A DNA stretch of 64,000 nt from Vitrella brassicaformis CCMP3155 (GCA_001179505.1 CDMY01000347.1:411259-475258), one strand, 5' to 3'; numbered from the stretch's first letter, positions 23,829 to 36,372 are shown. Numbers and translations are program-made. The notes: a model not told the origin generated them from the sequence alone.

Positions 23829-23922
23829 GGAAGAGCCGACGGGAGAGGTGTACGTATACATGTATTTGTACGAATGTGTACCCTGTAAAGGGTATACGTA
23901 CACCTCTCCCGTCGGCTCTTCC
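23829..23922. repeat. Perfect 31-bp inverted repeat (32-nt spacer) running into a gap
   Basis: 23829-23859 GGAAGAGCCGACGGGAGAGGTGTACGTATAC is the exact reverse complement of 23892-23922. Confidence 0.97.
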
Positions 23923-24222
23923 NNNNNNNNNNNNNNNNNNNNNNNNNNNNNNNNNNNNNNNNNNNNNNNNNNNNNNNNNNNNNNNNNNNNNNNNNNNNNN
24001 NNNNNNNNNNNNNNNNNNNNNNNNNNNNNNNNNNNNNNNNNNNNNNNNNNNNNNNNNNNNNNNNNNNNNNNNNNNNNNNNNNNNNNNNNNNNNNNNNNNN
24101 NNNNNNNNNNNNNNNNNNNNNNNNNNNNNNNNNNNNNNNNNNNNNNNNNNNNNNNNNNNNNNNNNNNNNNNNNNNNNNNNNNNNNNNNNNNNNNNNNNNN
24201 NNNNNNNNNNNNNNNNNNNNNN

Positions 24223-24705
24223 ACTGAGGTCCCAGACCTGCACGCGGCCCTCCTGGTCGCCCAGCAGCACCTCTGCTTGGTTGGCATGCAGCGCCGCCCC
24301 GTGGACAGGCACCGGCGCGCTGGCCGTGGTGGCCATGGTGGCCGTGGAGGTGCTCTCGTTGTCGAGCGAGAGCTGGTAGCCGGTGCCGCGGCAGTCCCAG
24401 ATCTTGACGCTGCTGTCCTCGCTGGACGAGAAGAACCAGCGGCCGGTCTTCTCGAACCCGACGCTCGTAACGTTGCTGGTGTGTCCGTCCATGGTGCTGA
24501 CGGCCGTGTTGCTGGCGGAGGAAAGGTCGAAGAGCTTCATGAGGGGGTTGCCGGCGCAGAGCACCTGGGTCTTGTCCGGGGTGACCTCCAGGCAGTTGAT
24601 GTGTGAGTCATTGTAGGGGATGGTGCGGAAACACTGACCCAGGTGGGCATTCCAGTAGCGAAGGGTGTGGTCGTACCCGCCGGTTATCAGCAGAGGCAGA
24701 TCCAT
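24223..24705 (-). CDS. LST8: Diverged LST8 paralog, 5-prime part only (rest in gap or truncated)
   Basis: Same WD40 sequence with substitutions (LSSAS vs LASAS, TTASAP vs TTAGAP). About 130 bp of recognisably homologous but diverged upstream sequence. Confidence 0.85.
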
Positions 24706-24931
24706 CAGTCGAATGAGTCAGTCAGCGGTGGCACCCGTCATAGGGAAATGCAGGCTGAGCCGCTTAAGCCGACAGCGAAATGAATGTCGGCGTCATCGAT
24801 CGTTGTGCTTCTTCGGTTGTTCGATATCGAATGACGCCTCGAGCGCGTCCACTCATCGGTTTCACGGAGTAGCTCGCGCCCGAAACTGCTGATGCGAAGT
24901 AGAAGGGAGGATCTGTGCAGCGTTCAGGTCC

Positions 24932-25808
24932 ATGACGACCACCATCTGTCCCTCTGGCAGCCCTGCATTATCGGCAGATGCGAGATCCAGAAGGCGCCAT
25001 GCCCCATTTCCCTTTCTTTTGTCCCTGCTGTCTTTCGCGCTTGTCTTGCACGTCGTAAGCGCTTTCGTGTGGACGCCTGCAGGGCGGCCTTCGAGCGCAC
25101 TGCATGGTGAGAGGAGCAGCATGGCAAGGAGGCGGTGGTCGCGAAGGATGGCGGCCGAAGAGCCGGAGAAAATGACTGTTGCTGCCGCAGGTGAGTGAGA
25201 TGAGAGAGATGTCATTTATTGAGATGAGCATGGTGCAGGCAGGTGAAAACATTGCTTGTACGTATCATATGCGATTCCTCTCTCTTTGTCTTCATCAAAA
25301 CAAACAGAGTCCCCAGCTGTTCCGTCCTCCGTTCCGTCTGTGACAGCGACGGCTACTGAGGCCAGCCCATCCCCTCCCCCTGCGCCATGCCCCAACTTTC
25401 CAAGATGCGACGGAAAGGGGTCAGTGAGTGATTCATTCCAAAAGGGAGGGAGGGAGGGAGGGCACCGCATGGCATGGCCAGGTCGACCTGTTCGCGTCTG
25501 TGTGTGGTCATGCCATGCGTGTGCAGGTTGGCCCGTGGGTGCGATGGCCAAGGCCGCATCCAGGGCGGCATCGGGGCTATTCCCCTGTTCTCGTGGTGGC
25601 CCATCAAGGTCTATCGACCGTGTCCCTCCTTCCTTGCGGCTGGCTACCAGTACCGACGCGCCGGGCAGGTCGGTATGCGACGCGGATGCGTATGTGTTGT
25701 GCATTCTCTGTGTCGTGTGTCGTGTTGATTTTGTGTTGTGTGCAGAGCTGGGACGAGATTGTGTATGGGGCGGACTCACCGGGCAACTCGTTCGTGAGGG
25801 ACCAGTAA
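24932..25808 (+). CDS. Small predicted plastid-targeted protein of unknown function
   Basis: Hydrophobic leader ...FLLSLLSFALVLHVVSA-FVW followed by a Ser/Arg-rich transit-like stretch. Mature part CPNFPRCDGK / GCDGQGRIQGGIGAIPLFSWWPIKVYRPCPSFLAAGYQYRRAGQ / SWDEIVYG; stop at 25808. Confidence 0.7.
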
Positions 25809-28108
25809 GAGTGCTGTACCTGGCAGACCACCGCCTGGAGGTGGTGGAGGTGCCACCGGGCCTTTGTATTGTCCATTCATCCGGATCGAGGGCGGCAAGC
25901 TGGTGGAGACGACGTGCACGAGTGTCACTGCGGTGTGTCTGGTGCGTGGCGGGCGGTGTGCAAAGCGACGCTAAGCTAAGCTCTGATGCGTGTGCAAATG
26001 GGACGATATGAGGAGGGAGATACAGATCTATAGGTCCATGGATGGTACACGGACGTTGCTCGGTCCTCCTGTCTTTGGATCGTTGGAGAGAGTGGAGAGA
26101 GGTTTGTGAGGCGACCGACAGCTAGCTGTGGCCACTGCAGACAGACATGTCACTGATGAATGAAGAGAGTAACGAGAGGAATGAGCAGATAAGTGAATCA
26201 GGAATGCCCCCCCCCCGGTGTCCACCCCACCTCCCCACCCCTCCCCCCNNNNNNNNNNNNNNNNNNNNNNNNNNNNNNNNNNNNNNNNNNNNNNNNNNNN
26301 NNNNNNNNNNNNNNNNNNNNNNNNNNNNNNNNNNNNNNNNNNNNNNNNNNNNNNNNNNNNNNNNNNNNNNNNNNNNNNNNNNNNNNNNNNNNNNNNNNNN
26401 NNNNNNNNNNNNNNNNNNNNNNNNNNNNNNNNNNNNNNNNNNNNNNNNNNNNNNNNNNNNNNNNNNNNNNNNNNNNNNNNNNNNNNNNNNNNNNNNNNNN
26501 NNNNNNNNNNNNNNNNNNNNNNNNNNNNNNNNNNNNNNNNNNNNNNNNCCACAGCCCACCGCCCCCGAATCATCAGCCAGGTCGTTTGCTCACACAAAAC
26601 GGTCAGGAGAGGCAGTAAAACACGCACTCACACACACACAAAGCACCCCACCCCACCCGGTCGGGTATCAATCAGTCATCTCGGTGGGCATCAATCACGT
26701 CCGTCCGTGGCCAAATGCAATCAATGCACGCAGCCAGTGAGTGCCTCACCTCATGTCAACCGCCCCACCACCACTGATCGGTGTCAGTGATGTGTCTGTC
26801 TTCCTTCCTTCCTCTTGTCTTAAAAAGGGCCGCGATCGAGCCGCATGAGCAAGTCAGGCAAGTCAAGAGGATGGAGGACACAACACACACGTATGCACGC
26901 AAAAACGATATTATAAGTGAGAGAGAACCAAACCGCTGTGGGCCGGTCTGTCTGTCTGTCTGTCTGTCTGCTTGCACGCCTGCAAGGTCGACTCGAGGCA
27001 GACAAGCTGTATCTGATACACCAGCCAGCCAATCAATCAATAATCAGCCAAGTCGATGATAGATAGGACTAGATAGAGAGAGAAGACAAGGATAAGAGAA
27101 GAGGGCGGCCGCGCCGCGCCCGCCCCCGCCCGCCCGCTTGACAGACAATGAATGTCTCCTCCTCCCTCGTCTGTCTCACCTCACTCATGGTAATCATATG
27201 CAATTCCCCAGCCCCCAACCGGTCATCACAGCACTTCACGTCACGTCCGCCCCATGCCACTACCCAGGCCACGCCAGGCCACCAGCCAGCCCGGCAGCAA
27301 GCCCAAGGCAAGGCAAGGCAAGGCAGCCACAAGGAAGGAAGGGGTCGATTAAATAGCATAGCACACGGATGCGCATCACAACGGGTATGGTATCAACAGG
27401 AAGGAAGGAGGCCGGCAGCCGGACGGACGGACGGACAGCAAGCAAAACTGAGCGACGCAATAGACTCAGGCAGACAGACAGGCACGTCCCGCCCCGTCCT
27501 GTGGACACGGGAGAGTGGGTAGGTAGGCAGACAGACACACAGCCAGCCAGCCAGCCAGCCAGCCCTGGATGCAATCAATACGCTCAGGATAGATGCGTCA
27601 TGGAAATGGTATTTCACGCACACACACACACACACCCCCCACATATATTCGGTCACACAGTCACTAGCTTTGGATTGCATCTCTCTCCCCCGCACCCCTC
27701 CCCTCCCCTCCCCTCTCTCTCTCCGCGCCTGTGTCTGTCTGCCCACCCACTCACCCCACCCCACCCGTGCAGTGCACGCAATGCATTGCAGCATGCATGG
27801 ATGGATGGATGGATAACACCGAAAAAATCCCGCGCCACACGCCAGCAACTCCAGACAGACAGACAGACAGTGAGAGAGAGTAAGTAGCACCGATCGGATC
27901 GGAACAAGATACATAGTCAGTAGCGGAGAATGAATGACCAGCCCACGTGCATTCACCCGAACGAAGATCCTGCCTGCCTGTCTGCCTGCCTGCCTGCCTG
28001 CCTGCCCTTTGTTTACCCTTCTCCAGGAGAGTAAGACAGCAAGACCCCATCCCCCACCCCACCCCTCCCCACCCCACCCATCATGGGTTGGGATGCGAGT
28101 CGAGTCAG

Positions 28109-31100
28109 TCAGTTTGCCTCCTTGCCGTTGACCTGCTTCTTCCCCTGCCCCTCTCCCTTGGCCCTCTCGCCCTCACCCGAATCACCCGCACCACCACCAG
28201 AAGTTGCTCGCCCGGCCTGTGACTGTGCCTGTGCGTCGTCCTGCTGGCGCGCCGTGGTTGTCGTGGCAGCATGCGGCCGTCGGGGCGCCGAGAACATGCC
28301 CTGGCCCAACTTTAACAGCTGCTGCAGACCCCACCCACTGCCCTGGCTGGCACTGCTCGACGCTGCGGGGGACGGCTGTGGGTGGGCCTGGGTCTGCGCC
28401 TCTGTCCGTGCAGCAGCAGCAGGTGGAGCAGCAGGGGGAATGGCAGGCTCAGGAGTCTGGCTGTCAGCTGGGGGCTGTGGCTGTGGCTGCTGTTGCTGGT
28501 GTTGAGGCTGCGGCTGCTTGGCGCGGAAGTCCTCTCGCAGACTGGTGAAGACAGGAGGCGCGACGGTACCATTCTTGTGATCTGCCGCACTGTTTGCCTT
28601 GCCCCTCTCGCCCTTGTGCTGCTTCCTCCTGCTGCTGTTGCCCGTCGCCGCCGCTTCCGGAGGCACCTTGGTCCAGCGCATCACCTGACGAGCAAGGGTC
28701 GGCTGGGCGGGCTGCGCCACCCCCCCCTGACCCTGCTGAGCCTGACCCTCCCCGTTGTCCTCCTTGCTGCTGCTGTTGTGATTGTTGGTGTCAGTAGGCG
28801 TGAGCTGCACCTCTGTGTTGACCGAAGACGAGCCCGATGATGACGTGTTGGTGTTGACGGGGGGAGGGGGTGGCGGGGGGGCTGCGGCAGGTTTACCTCC
28901 ACCCCTTTGCTGCTGATGGTGAGGGTGCTGGTGCTGAGGGTGGTTGGTCTTCCTGTAGTGCACAGCAGACTGTCCGAAGTGCGGTGGCGGGGGCTGCGAC
29001 GGCCGCATGGGAGGCCGATGTGCTTCCCGAGGTGGCCCCATCAGTGGCACTGTCCCGGGGGAAATGTCAGGAGTCTTGAGCAATCCGGGTCTGACAGCCT
29101 TGTCGCCCCCCGCCCCCTTGCCGTCGTCACCCTGGCTGTGGCCCTGGTCCTTCCTCCCTCGCGCGTTCTTCTTGCCGCCACCACCAGCTGAACCCGGCAG
29201 TCGGAATCCCTCCACTGACGGCTGGATGCCCACACGAGCATGGCCCGGGTGGTGGGGGTGCCCTGGCAAGCCGTAGTATGGCACCTGAGGGGGGCCGCCG
29301 TAGAAGGACACCTTGCCGTGGGGTGTCGCTGGGTCGGTGGGCTTGAGGGCAGCAGGGTGGTTGAAGGCACCGTAGTATGGTGGTTGATGGGGCAAGAGAG
29401 GCCGTGGCGGGGGCGGCCGGGAATCGTATGGCGGAGGGGCGGGGGCGGGCGGCGGGTGATCTGTCGAGAAGTCCGTCATGGCACGGACCAGCAAAGACGG
29501 CTGGCACGAATGAATGCGCACAACACAAGGGAAGCAGCAAAGAAAGACATGAATGAGCACAGATCGATCAAAGAGTGCGTGGTCTCTCTCTCTCTCGGTG
29601 TGTATCTGTGCGTGTCCGGCATCCATCGACTTACGTCTCGTTCCTGCCCCTGGCGACCGTCCCTTCTTCTGTCGTGCCACCCGCTGCTCAATGGCGGGAA
29701 CTCGGCCGTGCTGGGCGAGTCTTCCCGGCCCCTCACTTCCTCATCCCTCCCGCCATCGCTCGGCGGCGCCGGGTGAAACTGCCCCTCGAACCAAAAGGGC
29801 ACCGCAGGCAGCCCGTCGCTGGCCTGGTCGTCACCACCTCCCGCATCATCCATCGGTGCTGGAGGGTTGAATGGTGGTCGTCTGGGAGGGGGATTGGCGG
29901 GGCGGTTCTGAATCTTGAACCGCCCGGTTGCTATAGACCCCTGCGCACGTGTGGTGACGGTCTGCACGATCGTCCTGGCCGCCTCGCGCCTCTCCATCTC
30001 GTCAGCCACAGGCGCCTGCATGCCCAAGTCCATTCTGGGAGGTAGCGGGGGGTCGGTGGCCCTCTGCGCCTGTGACCGCACTTCTGTGCGTGACGGGAAG
30101 TCGGGTGTCCGGAGCAGGCCGCCTCCCTCTCTGCCGCCGTTGTTGGTGTTGGTGTTGGTGTTGGCGGTGGCGCTGGCGCTGGCTTTGTCTGGGCGATATG
30201 CGGTCTTGAGGCTCTCGTTGACAGTGGTGATCGCGGTGAGAGTGGATGAGGGTGTGGGCGGTGGGGGTGGTCTGGGTTGCAGCTGGAGGATCTTGGGCGG
30301 TGGCGCGGGGAGGGCCGGGTGGCCTCGGTGAGGGGGCGAGAAATCTGTAAACATAACATGCATGGCCACACAAGACGTTTTCCATCAAATGGGGAATGTG
30401 CCGCAGCGGGTATGTTATGTGTGCCTGGGTGTTCCGGTTGGGTGTAGGTACCTGCATTGGCTGCATCCCGGAGGACACTGGCCCAAACCTTCCCGTAGCC
30501 CCGCCCCTGCTGCTGATGGTGCTGATGGTGGTGCTGGTGCTGCTGTGGTCCGCTCCCCAGGAGCGCCTCCGCCCTCGCACCCCCACCAGCAGCCGCCATC
30601 TTGCCGTCCCTCTGCTGTGACGGGGGCAGTGGCGGTGGGCAAGGGGGGTATTGCCACTGCCCCTTCTTGGCTGTTTTGTCCCCAGCTCCAGCTGCAGCTG
30701 GTGGCTGCTTCCGCAACTCCTCTGGCGGCGGGGCCGGGGGCGTCGGCGGCTGGGCATGGTGTGCGTGTGAGCTCTGCAGGATCTTGATCGTCCCGTAGGT
30801 CAGCGACGGCCCCTTCTTGTGCTCGGTGGCCGGAGGTGTGCCAGTGGGGGGCGGCACGGGGGGCGGGAGGGGCAGATGAGACGCCGCACCGGACGAGAGG
30901 GAGAGCGACCCCGACGAGTCGAATGAGGCCTGCGACGGGAGCATGCCCCAGCTGGTCGGTGGGTGTGGGTAAGACGGGCTGCTCGCCTGCGAGGCGTGTG
31001 ATGGAGATGGGTCATCGAACACCGCTCTCCCCACAGCCCGGCTGGACGACTGAGGGCTCGTATCGTCGCTCGTGACCGTCGCTGGTGGTGGGCTGCTGTC

Positions 31101-32114
31101 CCTCTGCGCAGCCTCGGGGAACCATATGTGGTCGTCCGTCTCCAGCAGCACCGGGTGTGGCGTGGGCGGCACGGGGGAGCCATCGCAGGAGGAGAACTGC
31201 ACTCGCCTCGGGGGGGCGTTGCCGGGCACCTGACGCTGCAGCACTGACACCCGCTGGCTTCGGGATGCACGCGTGGCGTCGGCCGTGTGGTGGGGGGCGT
31301 TGGATGGGGTCGATCCGGCCGCCATGTCGTCATAGGGGTCAGGCTCCTCCACTCCCGACGGCGGTGCTTTGCCGTAGGGTGCCGCGTCCTTGGCGAATGT
31401 GCATCTGTCTCTGAAGTGGCCGGCCGTGTCGGCTGTGTCTGTGTCCCATATGCGTCGGAGCCACGGCTCGGCCACCTTGGCGTCGGTGTCTGTCATCTTG
31501 CGGGTGAGCGGGAGGGGAATGTGCGGCGGGAATGGGGACGACTGGTAGGCCACGTTGACGTGATGCTCCCGCGAGGCCCGCATCTTGGCGTCATGGTGGT
31601 GGCGCGGCCCCGGCGGCTGTGGCTGCTTCTGTGGCGGGCAGGGCGACTCGAGCGAAGACCACCTGTCCTCGGTATCGCTGTCGTCCCCACCAGCACTCCC
31701 CTGGCCGTCCCTCACATTGCCGCCCGAGTCCGACGCGGCCGTCTGCGGCAGCCCGCTGTCCACATAAGGAGAAGCGAACAGCCACCCACACTTGCACAAG
31801 AGCTCCTCTGCCGAGGGCAGCTCATCCGCAGGGATGGAGTCGCCGCGCGGCGCCTCCGAGCTGGACCGAAGCGACGCGTCGAGAGCCTCCCGTCGTCTTG
31901 GACTGAGTGACTGGCTTCTGCCGGGCGGTGGGGAGGGGCTGAAGAGATGGTCGGCGGTGAGGGTGGTGCGGTGGAGCATGGCGGCGTGGGTGCGCTGGGC
32001 GTGGAGGCCCTGCGGCAGGAGGATGCCCACCTCGGTTCTGGATAGAGGATAGATTGTCCAGTAGGGGAACCAGCCCACGCTGAAGGGAGGAGGAAGGCCA
32101 GATGGTTGGTACAT
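28109..32114 (-). CDS. Very long Pro/Ser/Gln-rich intrinsically disordered coding region (own gene or 3-prime part of the Not3-like gene)
   Basis: ORFs 29931-32114, 29476-30369 and 28109-29680 can be joined in frame by GT-AG introns near 30449-30347 and from about 29634. No globular domain recognised. Confidence 0.65.
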
Positions 32115-32324
32115 CGATCAGTATTTATTGTGGCGTGTGAGATGTGCTGTGTTGTGTTGTGTTGGGTTGGGTTGGGTTTGCTCGCTCACCGTTCTGGCTG
32201 GTCCTGTAGACGCCCATAGGTCCACCCCGAAGGATCCCAATACAGCACTTCAACCTGATGGACAAACCACACGCACACGACCAAACGGATGACAGCAGAT
32301 TGTGACATCTCATCTCATCTGATC

Positions 32325-35300
32325 TCACCCCTCTCTCACCATGCGCCCTTTCTCCGGCTCCAACAGACTCGGTCTCTCATCGTCTCCCAGGATCCCCCCG
32401 CCCCGCAGCGTCTCATCCCCCCGCCACTCCAGCAGCACCTCATGCACCTCAACCCGTCTCACCAGCACCTCCTTGGGCCACTTCTCGCCATCACGCTCCG
32501 CCGAATCCACACAACCTCGGTCACCCCCCACAGCACAGGGGAAGCACGGCCGCCGGGGGGGGAAACGTCTCGGCGGCGAAGGGTGGCGGGCGAGGAATGT
32601 CGGGAGCATGGTGTCCGAGCCATACAGGCCCACGGGCAGGGGAAAAGCGGAAGACCACTCATCATGATACATCATGGGGGAAGGGGGAGGAGGCGGGCCG
32701 GGGGGAGACGGCAGTGACATTGGCGGCTGGGGCGTCGTGTGCGCAGACGGGTCGCTCTCGGACGACTCGCTCACGAAGTACTGGGCAGTCGACGGCGGGC
32801 GTGGCGGGGTGGGGCCTCGCAGCCACCGAAAGGACCACTTCTCGTCCTCTTGGTCTCCCTTGCCGTCCTCCTCGTCCGCCTTCTCCTGCCCCTCATCTCT
32901 CGACCGCTTCCTGTGGGCGGGAGCGGACGGCGTCTGTGGCGAGCGTGGCGATATGAGGCCCAGCGGCGGGAAGTGGTAGCCCTCCTGAGGATCATAGCCT
33001 TCGATGGTGTTGGAGATGGCCCTGATGGTGATTGGCGACCGGCCCTCTGACGGAGTGGATGGCGCGCCTTCCTGGTCCGACGCAGTCGCCTTGTCGTCTC
33101 CCCAGCCCCGCCAGTCCTTCTTGGCTTCCATGGCACGCGCGGACGAGGCGAGAGAGGGGAAGGCCGCCTGGGTCGGCAGACGCATGTATGGGAGCGGGTC
33201 GAGCTGGCTCTCGTCGGTGCTGGGGAGGGTCGTGTCCGTGCTGCGGAGCGACGTCCCCCAGACGGACTTCTCCTCGATCCGCCGCCTCACGTGTCCCTCC
33301 CTCCTCACCCTGCCAGTGGGGACGACGAGCTTCTCTCCCACCTCGTTCTCTCCCCCCTCGCTCCGCTGCTTGTCCGTGGCCATCGTGGTGCAGGTGGCTT
33401 GGGAAGGGCTGCCCTCAGCCATGGTCCCGCCAGTCTTGGCCGATGGGAGGCTGGGCGACGTACCGTCAACCATTGGGAGGGCCTTAGCCTGCCCGGTTGA
33501 GCCGCTCTCCTTGTCTGGTTCGGCTGGCGGGCTCTCGGTGCCCGTCTCAGGGATGGAGGGGGACGACGGCGCCGCCCACCCGCTGGCCCTCTCGTCCATA
33601 AGGGACACAGACGGCGAGGCGTCTCCATCGCCCCTCGTGAGGGCGGGGAACGATCCAGTGTCATCCAGCAGCGGTCTATCAGCCTTCTTGCCCTTGCCGC
33701 CCGTCGTTCTGGCCTTGGCCGCGTACTGCATGCCCACACCGGTGGGCGTGATCGGGTTGCACGGACTCACCCGCACGATCCCCGAGTGCCCCGTATACGG
33801 CACTGTGCCCCGGCCGCTGGCCTTGACCACCACCGAGGGCACAGCCGGCGACGGGCCCGGGGAAGAGCCGCTGTCCGTGGCCCTCTCGCCGTCCGACGCA
33901 GATGGGGACGACGCGTCGATAGACGGGCGCGGTCGGCCGCCGTGGGCCGAGCCACCGCTGCTGGAGCTCTGCGTGTGAAGGCTCTCGCGCCGGAGGCCGC
34001 CCATGTGCTGGTCCTCGCTGTGCTGTGGCTGTGAGGATGGGGCGACAGACGGGGGAGATGGAGAGTGGCCGGGCGACGAAGACGCGACGGGCGGCCCGTA
34101 GGCCCACATGCCGCGAGCCACAGGTGAGGCAGAGGCTGGCGTGGGGGACGCTGACCGGCCCTCTCCGTCGTCCTTGATGACGGGCTGCGATGGCGCCACC
34201 TCCACTTTGATTGCTTTCTGCTTCCACACCGACGTCGCATTCGGGGGCGTCTGCGTGCCGCTGACCCGCCCCTTGCGCATCCCAGCCGATGATGACGCTG
34301 CCACACTCCCACTGCCGTCCTCCGCCCGGTCGCCCTCTCCGGCCTTCTTCCGTCTCTTCTGTGCCGACAGCTGTGCGTCGAGGTGGTCATTGGACGGTCG
34401 GCTGATGGGTCTGGTGTGTGGGGTGTGTGCCGGTGCGGCCTTGGCAAGGGCGGTGTCGATAGTGGCGTTGGATCGGGTGGGCGTGACTGACGCCTGGCGG
34501 CTGAGGTTGGACGGGGTGCCTGACGTACGCCGACGAGCCTCGCTGCAGACACACACAGAGAGAGAGAGAGAGAGAAGAATCGGCGAGTGTTCGTTGCGTG
34601 CGTGTGAGTGTGAGTGTGTGTGTGTGTGTGTACGTGTGTGATGAGATGCCCCGGTGGACGATGCTCTCCTTCCTCCCTCTGAGATCCTTCTTGGCGGCGT
34701 CAGGCGGCCCCGGTGCCTCGATGCCCTCCACCCCGTCGGCCACAGGCGACTCGTCAACAGCCATGGGAGACGGCGACGCAGCAGCAGCAGCAGCTACAAC
34801 GGCCTGCACAGAGAGAGGAGAGAGGGGGAGGGGGTGGTTGTGATTGATGTTGTCTGTGTGTGGTGGTGTGGTGATGGCCGGACGGGCGGACGTGACGTAC
34901 CTCGTTCGTGGCGTGTGCGTCTGCGGTGGTGGTCTGGTCGGGGACTATGGTGCCGAAGGGCTCGTATATCTCGGTGTAGACGAGGTAGGCGTAGTCGTCA
35001 CTCTGATCCACATAAGGCTCCAGCTGCGCGTGCAGGTCATCCAGCAGGGACTCTGTTATCTGCAGATCGATCACACACCAGACCATCAGCCACCCAACAC
35101 ACACCAAACACACACACGTACACGTGTGTGTCGCTGCTGTCTGTCTGTCTGTCTGTCTGTCTGTGCGCCTCTGCGTGCGTGTCTGTCTTGTATGCGTACG
35201 TCTTGGTCCTGGTTTGCGAGTCTTCTTTTGATGGTTTCTAGGTGTCTGATGTGGTCGCCGTGGTTGCTCTTGACGGCCTGTATCTGGGAGATGCGATCGT

Positions 35301-36372
35301 TGATGCGATCCACCTCTGCCTCGTCCAAAGGCGGCGGCGGACTCTTGGCCTGACGCTGATCAATACACACACACCGTGTCGAGATGATTGTGTGAGGATT
35401 GGCTGCCCGTGCAGACAGACTTTGGTTTTGGCTGTCTTGCGCTTGCTGGTGTCAGGTTCGGCTCTGGACGTCCGCTCCTTCAGGTTTTTCTGCAGCTGAA
35501 GAATCTCAGTCTCGATCGCCTTGAGAGACCCAGGGAGGGAGGGACATATATATCCACACGCATCTCTCTCTCTCTCTCTCGTGTGCATGTGGTGTGTTAC
35601 TTTGCTTACCTCTTGCTGCTGTGTGAGTGTTTCTATCATTGTCTGCAGTCGCCGTTCGCTCTCGGTGAGGCCCTCCTGGCGGTCCCGCAGCTTGTGCAGC
35701 ACCGCCTCGCTACCAAGGCCCTCACGATAGAACTCACGACCGCGCTTGTAACGGATCTCAATCTGGATAGACGACCAAGCGACCGATGGACAGACAGAGA
35801 AAGTAAGGTGGGCTGGTGTGTTGTGTGTTGTGTGTTGTGTGTTGTGTGTTGTGCTGTGCTGTGGTGACAGATTTGTGCGCGAACCGAACCGCATGGTAGA
35901 CTCTTCTGAGCTCGTCCTTCTGTGCGGCCTCGTTGGTCTTGCAGTACTGCTCGACGGCCGTGTTGTAGCTCTTGACCTTCTTCAAACAAGTCTCCAGCTC
36001 ACACTCCAGCTGCAACCAACCACACACGCACACACACCCACGCAGAGAGAGAGATGCATGTCCGCAGCGGTGTCCACATGTTTCCCCCAATGCACCCAAG
36101 ACCAGACCGCTGTGCTGTGTAGGTACCTTTTTCTTTTGGTCTATGGCATGCTGCACGTCCACACGGTCCAGCGCCCCCGCCGACCGCAGTGCGCTATGCT
36201 TCCGCCCCCTGAGCAGCGAGGCGTCCTCGACGGCTCCCCCGCCCGAGTCGAGCTCGTGGTGAAAGGCCTCCAGGAAGGCACAGTACTCGTCGAACTTCTC
36301 GTCATAGCGGTCCAGACTCGCCTGCACGTCCTTCAGAAGCTTGTCGATGTCCAGCTGCAGCTTGCGCGCCAT
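32325..36372 (-). CDS. Not3/Not5-like protein (CCR4-NOT subunit 3 N-terminal coiled-coil domain) with long disordered tail
   Basis: MARKLQLDIDKLLKDV, ELETCLKKVKSY, FYREGLG, HIRHLETIKR, LEPYVDQSDDYAY resemble CNOT3/Not5 N-terminal motifs (RKLQ.EID..LK.V; YSKEGL; H...LE...R; Y.E.N.E.DF). Followed by an 810-codon low-complexity ORF. Confidence 0.8.

Noticed and set aside
26549-28100. Many 70-190 aa ORFs with VCVC/THTH/TDRQ strings
   Set aside because: Translations of microsatellites. There may be small 3-prime exons of the minus-strand gene here, but I could not support any.
33004-33978. 324-aa plus-strand ORF antisense to the Not3-like tail, and similar antisense ORFs elsewhere (e.g. 6543-7334, 35818-36627)
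   Set aside because: Expected shadow ORFs of GC-rich coding sequence; no domain-like features.
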